From positions 32,001-96,000 of the forward strand of contig CAXXJJ010000004.1 in the NCBI GenBank assembly GCA_963667015.2: 64,000 nucleotides of DNA, read 5' to 3'. The notes under the pieces are model-generated. The model had not been told where the DNA came from. It searched no databases and saw only the letters and a program-made list of their open reading frames with translations. This document shows, piece by piece, positions 37,409 through 46,595 of this stretch. Within the stretch, counting starts at the first letter, position 1; the number at the start of each line of letters is the position of its first letter. This stretch comes from Desulfatiglandales bacterium. Its GTDB lineage: Bacteria; Desulfobacterota; DSM-4660; Desulfatiglandales; HGW-15. A program made the position numbers and the translations under genes.

Positions 37409-38590
37409 ATGCCCCTTAATGATTACAGTTTAAAAGAGGTTATCCAGCTTGAGGCATGCACAAACTGCATGCTCTGTGCCGAGGTTTGCCCGGCAGTTTC
37501 TGCAACTCAGGACGGATCATTGTCCGGCGCACATCGCATACATGAGCTTCAAAGGTTGTTCAGGTCAAGGGCAGGACTGTTTAAAAGACTGTTTTCAGGA
37601 AAATTTAATGAAGAGGCTTTAAAGGCCTTCAGTGAAACGGTCTACAGATGCACCCTCTGCGGAAGGTGCCAGGAGATTTGCCCTTCAGGAATTTTTCTCA
37701 AGGATATCTGGATCTCTCTAAGGCAGGACCTTGTGCATTCAGACAGCTTCCCGGACAAGGTTGATATGATTAAACAGAATGTCCTGAAGAGCCACAATGT
37801 CTTTAATGAGGATAATGAAGAGAGGGCAGAATGGGTCGAAGACCTGGATGATCCTCCTGAACACGGACATATAAAAGACTTGGCAGAAGTAGTCTATTTT
37901 ACCGGCTGTGTATCCTCGTACTTTCCTATGGCACAGCAGATTCCACTGAGCCTTGTTGAGATATTTGAATCAACGGGTGTCGATTTTACCCTGCTGGGTG
38001 AAGATGAATACTGCTGCGGTTTCCCTTTTCTTGGGGCAGGCCTTCGCGATCGGGTTGATGAACTTATTGAGCATAACATCAGGGCAGTCAAGAATAAAAA
38101 TGCCAGGAAGGTCGTATTTGCATGCCCCTCATGTTACCGAATGTGGAAGGAGTATTATCCCCCTGAGTTTGAACTGTATCATGTTACCCAGTTTATTAAA
38201 CAGCATCTTTTGGATAATAAGTTAAAACTCAAGACAGTAGATAAAATAGTTACCTACCATGATCCATGTGACCTGGGCAGGGGCAGCAGGGAGTATAATG
38301 CTCCAAGAGAAATTATTAATGCCATCCCCGGTATCAGGCTGGTTGAGATGGATAATAACAGGGAAAACTGTACATGCTGCGGTGGAGGAGGGAACCTTGA
38401 GATGATAGATGCAGACCTGTCAAAGGAGATTGCAGGTGCAAAGATTAAACAGGTCCTTGACACCGGTGCCGAGGCGGTCATTACATCCTGTCAGCAATGT
38501 GTCCGGACGATGAAGGGATACGTTCGCCTGAATAAGATAAAGCTTGAGGTCCTGGATATCGTGGAACTGGTTAAAAAGGCACTTAAGTAG
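37409..38590 (+). CDS. HdrD-like Fe-S oxidoreductase (2x[4Fe-4S] + two CCG domains)
   Basis: CTNCMLCAEVCP, CTLCGRCQEICP, YFTGC, CCG, ACPSC, YHDPCDLGR, CCGGGG, SCQQC. Confidence 0.9.
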   Translation: MPLNDYSLKEVIQLEACTNCMLCAEVCPAVSATQDGSLSGAHRIHELQRLFRSRAGLFKRLFSGKFNEEALKAFSETVYRCTLCGRCQEICPSGIFLKDIWISLRQDLVHSDSFPDKVDMIKQNVLKSHNVFNEDNEERAEWVEDLDDPPEHGHIKDLAEVVYFTGCVSSYFPMAQQIPLSLVEIFESTGVDFTLLGEDEYCCGFPFLGAGLRDRVDELIEHNIRAVKNKNARKVVFACPSCYRMWKEYYPPEFELYHVTQFIKQHLLDNKLKLKTVDKIVTYHDPCDLGRGSREYNAPREIINAIPGIRLVEMDNNRENCTCCGGGGNLEMIDADLSKEIAGAKIKQVLDTGAEAVITSCQQCVRTMKGYVRLNKIKLEVLDIVELVKKALK

Positions 38591-39155
38591 CAATTATCCA
38601 CTTTACCGCATCAAGGAGATCATCCGCAACATAAACCGGTTTATAGGGGAATCCGGGCAGTATATAATCCACCTCTCCAAGCCCGTATCCTGTCTTTACC
38701 ATAATGCTTTTTATATTTCCGTTATGGGCAAATTCCAGGTCAGTGAAATGATCTCCAATCATATAAGATTGCTCAAGGTCAATGTCAAATTTATCAAGTG
38801 CCTGTCTGATCATACCGGTATTGGGTTTTCGGCAGTCGCACTTGATTGCATACTCTTTAAACCTGCTTCCCGGATAATGTGGGCAGTAGAAAACAGCATC
38901 TAATTCAGCACCTTCCTTTTTAAAATAATCCTTCATGTAGGTGTGGAGCTCTTCCACAAGCGAAACAGGGAAATAGCCGCGTGCTATACCCGACTGGTTG
39001 GTAACAACAATAGCAAGGTAATTATTTTCATTGAGCAGCCTTATTGCCTCTGGGACACCGGGTAGAATATTAAATCTGCTCAAATGGTTGATATAGCCCA
39101 TCTGCTCGTTAATTGTTCCGTCTCGGTCAATAAAGATAGCTGGTCTTTTCATCAT
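38583..39155 (-). CDS. gmhB: D-glycero-D-manno-heptose 1,7-bisphosphate phosphatase (HAD)
   Basis: FIDRDGTIN, VTNQSGIARG, CPH...CDCRKP, MIGD. Confidence 0.88.
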   Translation of the reverse strand: MMKRPAIFIDRDGTINEQMGYINHLSRFNILPGVPEAIRLLNENNYLAIVVTNQSGIARGYFPVSLVEELHTYMKDYFKKEGAELDAVFYCPHYPGSRFKEYAIKCDCRKPNTGMIRQALDKFDIDLEQSYMIGDHFTDLEFAHNGNIKSIMVKTGYGLGEVDYILPGFPYKPVYVADDLLDAVKWIIAT

Positions 39156-39474
39156 TTCTCCTGTCTGTTGAAATCATTATTTTCACTCAGGGCTAAAGTT
39201 TCTGTGATACCGGTAACCTTGGCGCCTTTATGGAGTTTTTAAAAATATATTTTTACATATGAACTCATGAGGGGGCAAGGTATATTTTATATCCAGATGG
39301 AAGCAGTCAGCACCTCACATCAAATGAAGTGTCGCTGTACCCAATATTCCTGCTTGCATATAAAAAAATATCTCATTATAGTCTATCAGCCCATATGGCA
39401 GACCGGGAATTCAATTTTTCTCATTTACAGATTTATGTGTAATTATATTTCATACTTTTTAATGGGGCATCATT

Positions 39475-40122
39475 ATGGATCTTCTTGAACAAATAACAGT
39501 AAAAGGTGTTCTAATTGAAAGTATTGCCGAAGAGGTAATTAATTCTCCTGATAATATTCCCCTGCTTTTTGAAGGCCTTGAAAATAACAAGGGTGCAATC
39601 CGATTCGGGTGCGAGAAGATAATACGGCTTATAAGTGAAGAACAGCCGGAAATTATTTATCCCTATTTTGATCAAATAGCCTCCATGTTGGATTCTCGCA
39701 ACAACATATTAAAATGGGGTGCTGTCATAATAATATCAAACCTTGCATCGGTCGACACTGAGAGAAAATTTGAAAAGATATTTAAAAAGTATTTCGAACC
39801 GGTTACTGGCAGGCAGATGATAACCGCCTCTAACATTGTTAAAAATGCATGGAAAATAGTCCTCGCAAAACCTTCACTTGTAGAAAAAATTGTCAGGGAG
39901 ATATTAAAAGCAGAAAAAGCCGCATATGAGAGTAAAGGTGAGAGTTCTCCTGAATGCAACCGGATTGTATGCGGACATGCGATTGATTCATTTTTCAGAT
40001 TCTTTGATAAAATAAAAAGTAAAAAATCTGTAACAGATTTTGTTAAAAGGCAGATTAATAATCCCAGAAGTTCTGTAGCTAAGAAAGCTGAGAAGTTTGT
40101 TAAAAAATTTGAATTAAATTAA
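39475..40122 (+). CDS. Hypothetical all-helical (HEAT-like) protein
   Basis: 215 aa, helical-repeat pattern (IIYPYFD, LKWGAVIIISNL). Confidence 0.65.
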   Translation: MDLLEQITVKGVLIESIAEEVINSPDNIPLLFEGLENNKGAIRFGCEKIIRLISEEQPEIIYPYFDQIASMLDSRNNILKWGAVIIISNLASVDTERKFEKIFKKYFEPVTGRQMITASNIVKNAWKIVLAKPSLVEKIVREILKAEKAAYESKGESSPECNRIVCGHAIDSFFRFFDKIKSKKSVTDFVKRQINNPRSSVAKKAEKFVKKFELN

Positions 40123-40202
40123 GAAGTCTAATCTTTTTAGAGATTCAGATAGACTTGTAATACAATTTTGTTAATTAATTCAGAAGAAACCCCCTGTAAA
40201 AA

Positions 40203-41435
40203 ATGATCCTGCATCAAAAAAAATCTAATATAAAATCTGTTTCTCCAAAAAACATTTATCGCGGACTTCCCTCAGGGATATGGGGGCTTGGATTTGTCTC
40301 CATGTTCATGGATATCTCATCCGAACTGGTCCACAGTCTTTTACCAGTATTCATGGTTACGGTACTGGGTACATCAGTGGCTGCCGTGGGCATGATAGAA
40401 GGCGTTGCCGAGAGTGCTGCTGCGATAATTAAAGTTTTTTCAGGAGCCATCAGTGATTATTGCGGCAAGCGCAAATATCTTGCTGTTACTGGATATGCCA
40501 TAAGTGCAATTACTAAACCTGTATTTCCACTCGCAACAACACTCGGGTGGGTTTTTGGTGCGCGATTCACTGACAGGGTTGGAAAAGGCATACGGGGTGC
40601 ACCGCGTGATGCCCTGGTGGCAGATATTGCACCGGAAGAACTTCGAGGCGCAGCCTATGGTTTACGCCAATCACTCGATTCAGTCGGAGCTTTTATTGGG
40701 CCGCTTCTTGCCGTATTTTCCATGATCTGGTTTAGTGAAAACATCAGGGCTGTTTTATGGATAGCTGTCCTGCCCGCATTCGTTGCTGTTTTTCTTCTGA
40801 TCTTCACTGTTCACGAACCTGAGAATAACAACTGTTCAAATACAGTACGAAATCCGTTGGCATTTTTTGAGATAATACGTTTGCCCAAACGATACTGGTT
40901 TATAGTTGCACTTGGTGCGGTTTTTACTCTCGCCAGATTCAGCGAAGCCTTTCTGATTCTCCGTGCCAGTGATCTTGGGGTTTCGCTTGGCTATGTACCG
41001 GTAATTATGATTATAATGAATATTATTTATTCTGTGTTTGCCTATCCTGCCGGTGCAGCTGCAGACAGGTTTTCGGCCAGAATCATTCTATTGTCAGGAC
41101 TTATGATACTTATTGCTGCTGATATTATACTGGCGCTGGCCCAGTCACCATCCGGTTCATTTATCGGGGCAGCCTTCTGGGGTCTTCATATGGCTTTTAC
41201 TCAGGGATTATTTTCAAAACTTATTGCAGACGCCGCACCGGTAAATCTTCGCGGTACAGCTTTCGGGGTATTTAATCTTGTAAGCGGTATATCACTTTTT
41301 CTTGCAAGCTTAATAGCCGGATCATTATGGAGTGCATACGGCGCTAAGGCAACATTTTTTGCAGGCGCTTTATTTGCATTTCTTGCAATTATTGGATTGA
41401 TCTTTTTCTCATTTGAAACCAGATCAAATAAGTAA
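40203..41435 (+). CDS. MFS transporter
   Basis: ~12 TMs; DRVGKGIRGAPRDALVAD, RGAAYG, RGTAFGVF. Confidence 0.92.
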   Translation: MILHQKKSNIKSVSPKNIYRGLPSGIWGLGFVSMFMDISSELVHSLLPVFMVTVLGTSVAAVGMIEGVAESAAAIIKVFSGAISDYCGKRKYLAVTGYAISAITKPVFPLATTLGWVFGARFTDRVGKGIRGAPRDALVADIAPEELRGAAYGLRQSLDSVGAFIGPLLAVFSMIWFSENIRAVLWIAVLPAFVAVFLLIFTVHEPENNNCSNTVRNPLAFFEIIRLPKRYWFIVALGAVFTLARFSEAFLILRASDLGVSLGYVPVIMIIMNIIYSVFAYPAGAAADRFSARIILLSGLMILIAADIILALAQSPSGSFIGAAFWGLHMAFTQGLFSKLIADAAPVNLRGTAFGVFNLVSGISLFLASLIAGSLWSAYGAKATFFAGALFAFLAIIGLIFFSFETRSNK

Positions 41436-41443
41436 TGCTGATT

Positions 41444-42436
41444 TTAGCCGATTATTTTTTTTATTGTTTCATCCACATGGTCAAATCTTACATGAATCGA
41501 ATGATCAGAAAGCACGTAATATCCAATGCCTACTATCTTGCCGGTCTGCTCTATTTTTTTGGATGCGTTGCCGTCAGGTACAACTAACTGCGTCTTTATT
41601 TTAGCACCCAGTATCCTGTGAGCAACTTCATTATTTGATAATTTGAAAGTGAAGGATAGCCCCGAGATAGATATATCACAGAGTGACCCCAAAAATTGTT
41701 TTCCGGAAGGAGAACCAGAAGCGTTTAACAGCTGGCCTGCAACCTTTCCCTTTAATTTTAGCCGTTTATTACGCCTTCGATTCATCCCTTTTTTCATCAG
41801 AATATCAGATACACGTCCTGATTTATCGCAATATTCATGTAATTTTTGCTCCAGTGCAGGAAAATGATCTTTCCATCTTTCCTGAATATCTCTGCCAAGA
41901 CTGCGCAGTTTTACATTTGTATTAGCTATTAATGACACTGTCTTTGCTGATGTTGTATAAAAAAAAGTGTCCTCACCTGCTATTTCGCCAGGTTCAAGGA
42001 TGTTAAGTATTTTATCATTCTCCTTCGAATAAACCATTTTGGCTTCGCCTGAATCCAAAAAATAGAGATTACTATCAACATCGCCCACTGAGAAAATCTT
42101 ATCTCCTTCTTTATAAACATTTTCTTTCATGGCATAATAAAGCTCGTTAGTTTCTTCTGTTGTAAGGTTGCCGTATAATTTTGCCCATGTCTTTTTATGG
42201 ACATCATCCATGGATTGGCTTTTTTCTTCATCAATAATATCTGCGGATTTTGAAATTTCATTTAAAGCCATGGGGGCAACTTCAAACAGCCGGTCTCTCA
42301 GGGCTTCGGCTTTTATAAAATCGTGTTTTTTTGCATTTTCCACAATTAATTCGAACAGTGCCTTTACCGCAGCATCCTGATTTCCTTCACTGAGATATTG
42401 ATCAATCAATTTTTCCTGTTCTGTAACTGAATTCAT
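41444..42436 (-). CDS. Cyclic-nucleotide-binding domain + PilZ domain protein
   Basis: LYFLDSGEAK...GEIAGED cNMP domain; RRRNKR and DISISG PilZ motifs. Confidence 0.82.
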   Translation of the reverse strand: MNSVTEQEKLIDQYLSEGNQDAAVKALFELIVENAKKHDFIKAEALRDRLFEVAPMALNEISKSADIIDEEKSQSMDDVHKKTWAKLYGNLTTEETNELYYAMKENVYKEGDKIFSVGDVDSNLYFLDSGEAKMVYSKENDKILNILEPGEIAGEDTFFYTTSAKTVSLIANTNVKLRSLGRDIQERWKDHFPALEQKLHEYCDKSGRVSDILMKKGMNRRRNKRLKLKGKVAGQLLNASGSPSGKQFLGSLCDISISGLSFTFKLSNNEVAHRILGAKIKTQLVVPDGNASKKIEQTGKIVGIGYYVLSDHSIHVRFDHVDETIKKIIG

Positions 42437-42482
42437 GGGTTAACCCTCGCCCTCTATTCAAAATATTAGTGATGAACGACCT

Positions 42483-42644
42483 TCATTCCAGATAACTGCT
42501 CATGAGCTTGCGACCGAAATATAAACCGGCTGCCGCGCCGAGAACACTGAGAAGGTAGGCTGTCATAATACCAACATGTTCCCCAATCCACCATCCTATC
42601 CATGAGCTCACAGAAATGCATGTGATGGTTAATATTTTTTTCAT
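42483..42644 (-). CDS. Small membrane protein, 53 aa (not in the ORF track)
   Basis: MKKILTITCISVSSWIGWWIGEHVGIMTAYLLSVLGAAAGLYFGRKLMSSYLE, two-helix hydrophobic hairpin. Confidence 0.65.
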   Translation of the reverse strand: MKKILTITCISVSSWIGWWIGEHVGIMTAYLLSVLGAAAGLYFGRKLMSSYLE

Positions 42645-42700
42645 GAAGGAATTCTCTCTAATGTTTTGTCATGAGGTAAATGTTGTTATATTTATATCAT

Positions 42701-42740
42701 AAATCTCAAGGGGTATTCTTATAAATACCCCTTGAGATTT
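42701..42740 (-). terminator. Terminator closing the six-gene exported-protein operon
   Basis: Perfect 17-bp inverted repeat AAATCTCAAGGGGTATT/AATACCCCTTGAGATTT, 8 nt after the last stop codon. Confidence 0.8.
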
Positions 42741-42748
42741 TATCTGTT

Positions 42749-44734
42749 TTACAAATCCAGTGCACTTTTTATCTTGTCTGTAATTATTTCAGTCGGTGCA
42801 CAGTAAATATAATTCCCTTCAACCGGCTGCCATTCATCCTGTGAAATCTTTCCAAGTTTTTTGTGATGATAGATCAGCCTGTATGACAGTTTATCACTTC
42901 CAACATCCTGGTAGATTACCTTGTTGCCCATGGCATCTCCTGCCGCAGGTGAAAGGGAGGCATTCTTATTATCTGTTATTGTCTTTCCAAACTGGTTGTA
43001 TCTCAATTCAATGCTGACCCTGGCTATTCCCAGATCTTCCAGTTCAGTCAAGTCCGTTTCATACTCCAGGGTCACCGGTTGGATAGGGGCGGCAAGGGTT
43101 ACGGCCATAAGCTCGCCCTTTTTCCATTTAGGCTCCGCAGGATAAAGGTGTCCTCCGCGCAGGCTCCACTGTACTGCATAATCATAGGTCTGGGCATCAT
43201 CTCCCATGCGGGCATATGTCAGTGTGGCTGTCTGGCCGTTTGTTTCGAGGTATTTTCGATCTATTGTCATCTCCTCTATAAACGGGCGCTGGTCCTTTCT
43301 CGGAACCCTTACCTGGATGGTTGCATAATTTACCATGTTATTGAAGATATCATAGGCTTCATTATCTATAACAAAACGCATTTCCCTTCTCTGGAAAAAG
43401 GGATCATCCAGGTTTACCTCTGATACAAGTTTGGGGTTATCCTTGAAATCCTTATACCAGGCACCTACATTTCCGGTCATTGTGTAGGTTTCATATCTGG
43501 CAATAACCTTTTTCAGGTTGAGCACCTGCTTTGATTTACGTTTAATCTCTTTTCTCTGAAAGACCGTATAGGAGTATTTATTGTATTTAGCAGCTTCTTT
43601 TCTTCGGGCCGCGATTGCTTCCTTATCTTCGGTCTCGTCGTCTGCTGCCAATTCATCTTCTGTGGGTTCTCCAAGACGTTTCTGCATATCAAAGAAGGAT
43701 TCAAGGACGATTTTATGAAGGCCGCTTTCAACAATCTCTTTGTCTGCGTCAGGAACATGCTGCACATAATCAAAGGTAACAACACCTGTTTCCTGCAGGA
43801 AATCGAGCGCCTGTGTCTGTTCTGTTTCTGTAAGTGTTGTGCTCTTGCGAGTACTGATATTTAAAGGATTATACCACTTGGGGTTCCAGTATTTGGAGCG
43901 TTTGGTCTTCTTTTCCCTTTCATGGGTATATTCCGTTTCTATTTCATTATATTTGTCATAATCGATAGTAACCTTTATATCATAGGCCGGAAGTTTAACC
44001 ACGTATTTAAGATCAAAGGCAACCGATACCTGGGAAGTGGGTTGTTTAAAACCTTCGGCTAAAAGCGTTGCTCCATATGCGTCCAGGCGGGCTGCTACCG
44101 CCACCTGCTGACCTTCCATAACTGGTGCCTTTCCGCTTGTGATCAGGGTAGGGGCAAATTCCTTGTCACCCAGAACTGCAGAGATTACATTAAAACTGTT
44201 GCCTTCGGCTCCGACTTCCAGCGGAACAGCTCCCTTGAGTATTGCTCCTTTTACCTCTTTTTTTAATAATTTGGCTGTTTCCTGCATCTGTTCCTGGCTG
44301 AGGCCGTACTCAACCATAAAATGGAGGACTGCACCCTCTGCGCCGCCGGCTTCCTTGGTCTTGTCCGAAACAAAACGGATCATGGAAAATTTTGGAAGGC
44401 CATCCGGGGCCACAGATACATGGGGATTGGTGGGCAGATAATAGTAGTTATTGCTTGTTTTTTCAGGATTGCTGGTGGCGGCCGGAAAGCATCTCACCGT
44501 TGTTCCATCCTTTAATTTAATATCAACATGCCGGCCGTATTGAATTCCGCCCACTTCCTTGACAGCACTGGCCGAGGGTATGGAGAGTGAAGGTCTTATA
44601 GTTGATGGTTTTAGCTGCCTGATGTAATCCAGTTTTTTAGAGTTGTCTTTGCTGTTAGCTGCCTGAACCTGGCCTGTAAAAATAAAGAATGCTGATACTA
44701 TTGCCAGGCCGACGATTTTAAGTGTTCTGTTCAT
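42749..44734 (-). CDS. Exported hypothetical protein, paralogue family member (661 aa)
   Basis: Signal peptide (VQA|A); NYYYLPTNP, GKAPVMEG, GATLL, VNLDDPFFQRRE. Confidence 0.85.
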   Translation of the reverse strand: MNRTLKIVGLAIVSAFFIFTGQVQAANSKDNSKKLDYIRQLKPSTIRPSLSIPSASAVKEVGGIQYGRHVDIKLKDGTTVRCFPAATSNPEKTSNNYYYLPTNPHVSVAPDGLPKFSMIRFVSDKTKEAGGAEGAVLHFMVEYGLSQEQMQETAKLLKKEVKGAILKGAVPLEVGAEGNSFNVISAVLGDKEFAPTLITSGKAPVMEGQQVAVAARLDAYGATLLAEGFKQPTSQVSVAFDLKYVVKLPAYDIKVTIDYDKYNEIETEYTHEREKKTKRSKYWNPKWYNPLNISTRKSTTLTETEQTQALDFLQETGVVTFDYVQHVPDADKEIVESGLHKIVLESFFDMQKRLGEPTEDELAADDETEDKEAIAARRKEAAKYNKYSYTVFQRKEIKRKSKQVLNLKKVIARYETYTMTGNVGAWYKDFKDNPKLVSEVNLDDPFFQRREMRFVIDNEAYDIFNNMVNYATIQVRVPRKDQRPFIEEMTIDRKYLETNGQTATLTYARMGDDAQTYDYAVQWSLRGGHLYPAEPKWKKGELMAVTLAAPIQPVTLEYETDLTELEDLGIARVSIELRYNQFGKTITDNKNASLSPAAGDAMGNKVIYQDVGSDKLSYRLIYHHKKLGKISQDEWQPVEGNYIYCAPTEIITDKIKSALDL

Positions 44735-44832
44735 TATTATGGCCTCCTTGATCCATTATAAAATCTGTACTGAATGAGATTTCTGTAATTGTTATAATAC
44801 CTGATATTTATAATTAAATTAAAACTGAATGA

Positions 44833-46593
44833 TTATTCATCCGGTGGTACCAGCACCAGATAGGTTTCATCCAGTTTCTGCCAGTCACCTTTTATCTGGC
44901 TTCCCTTTGAGGGATACCAGTTGACCCTGTAAAAAACTTCTTTTCCCGGATCATGAAACAGCACACTTTGTGAGACGGACTCCGCATCTGTCGCCCTCAT
45001 TACTGCCAGACGCTTATTGACTTCTTTATTGAATACCGGATACTTTACCTCAAGTGTGGCACTGCGAATTCCCTTGTCCTCAAAAAGGAAGCGATCCGCG
45101 TCTAGCTCCAGGTCCACTCTTGTAAGCGGAGGGGCTATAGTGATGATCGGATCACTGCTCTCAATCCATTCATCAGGAGATTCCGGGTTTTTAATCTGGT
45201 GCTGTCCCTTTATGCTCCATGTGGTCCTGTAACCGTAATCTAGCCATGATTCATCCTTCTGACCCAACCGGGCATACTTCCATGATTTAGTGAGCTGGCC
45301 TTCACGGATATCTTCCCTGGTAAATATCAGTTCACCTGTGGCATCTTCATGGTTTTTGTATTTTTTTAAAACAGAAACACCTGCAAAATTCATGATGTCT
45401 TCAAATACATCAGAAAAATCTCCGTCTATCCTGAAAAATACATCCCTTTTCTGAAATGCCGGATCTGCCAGGTTTACAACCCGGAACATATCCTGGTTAT
45501 CCTTAAATTCCCTGTATAGACCGGATATATTGCCTGCGGTATCCACAGGTACTTTAACAACTGCCTTCCGGGTAAGATTTATATTAAACATCGCCCGGTT
45601 TATATCCGAGCGCTTTTTCAGGACATACTGGTTATCCGTGTAATATTTCTGGTTGCCCGAACTGGTGAACATTTGAGCAAGCCAGCCTTTTTTCTGGCGG
45701 CCCTTTATCTGTCCTGATTCCACCGCCTTTTCTTTTTCAGGAATTGCAGTAAATCCTGTCTGCTGGTCAAATATAATTTCAGTCAGTTTGGTTGTAGCAA
45801 GATCTACCAGGCTCTGCATGGCCTTGTTTGCAGAATCTTCCGGAAGCCGGTCAAATATCTCCACATTGACCACACCATCCCGGACAAGTTCATCCATGAT
45901 ATTTCTCAGCTGCCTCTTGGTATAGTTATCCTGGACATTTTTAACCTTGGAAAAATGTTCATAGACCGTGCTGACATTGGCACTGATCTTTGCCTGAAAG
46001 GAGGGTAGGGTAGCCTCATAATAGGTCCTCAGGGCAACAGAGACATCTGATGTGGGTTTTGTTAATGATTCCCATAAAAGTGTGGCCCCGTTTGCGCTTA
46101 ATGTAGCGGCCACGGCAGCCTTGGAACCGGGTGTAACCGGGGCTCGTCCGCTGGAAATAAGGCTGTTTGTGAATCCCTTGTCAGAAAGAGATCCTGATAT
46201 GATGGTAAAACTTCCCTGGTCCTCCTGACGCAGGGGAACGGGACCGGCAAGCCGTGCCTCACTGTTTTCTGTTTTCAAGGCCTCTTTCAGTGCATTGAGT
46301 TCATCTTCCGGAAGAGAAAAGGTGATAAGCATATGCAGCAGGCCTCCGCTGGTATCTCCCTTTGGATCAACAAACTTTACAAGAGAGAGCTCCAGTCCTC
46401 CATCAGTTCGTTCGGAAACCCTTGGCGCAGGCGGCAGGTAGTAATAGACATTGGCATCACTAGCATCCTGAAGTAAAAGAACCCCGTTTATTTCCATCTG
46501 ACCGGCCTCATAATTTACCAGGCCCCACGCTGGAGATGTAAGGAGTATCGTTAAACAGATTGCCAGAAGATACAGTTTTTTAATGGAAATCAT
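44833..46593 (-). CDS. Exported hypothetical protein, paralogue family member (586 aa)
   Basis: Signal peptide (AWG|L); VYYYLPPAP, GRAPVTPG, GATLLW, VNLADPAFQKRD. Confidence 0.85.
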   Translation of the reverse strand: MISIKKLYLLAICLTILLTSPAWGLVNYEAGQMEINGVLLLQDASDANVYYYLPPAPRVSERTDGGLELSLVKFVDPKGDTSGGLLHMLITFSLPEDELNALKEALKTENSEARLAGPVPLRQEDQGSFTIISGSLSDKGFTNSLISSGRAPVTPGSKAAVAATLSANGATLLWESLTKPTSDVSVALRTYYEATLPSFQAKISANVSTVYEHFSKVKNVQDNYTKRQLRNIMDELVRDGVVNVEIFDRLPEDSANKAMQSLVDLATTKLTEIIFDQQTGFTAIPEKEKAVESGQIKGRQKKGWLAQMFTSSGNQKYYTDNQYVLKKRSDINRAMFNINLTRKAVVKVPVDTAGNISGLYREFKDNQDMFRVVNLADPAFQKRDVFFRIDGDFSDVFEDIMNFAGVSVLKKYKNHEDATGELIFTREDIREGQLTKSWKYARLGQKDESWLDYGYRTTWSIKGQHQIKNPESPDEWIESSDPIITIAPPLTRVDLELDADRFLFEDKGIRSATLEVKYPVFNKEVNKRLAVMRATDAESVSQSVLFHDPGKEVFYRVNWYPSKGSQIKGDWQKLDETYLVLVPPDE

Positions 46594-46595
46594 AA

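Noticed and set aside
39267..39488. 73-aa plus-strand ORF and similar short overlapping ORFs in the track
   Set aside because: Atypical composition, no RBS, overlap with better-supported genes
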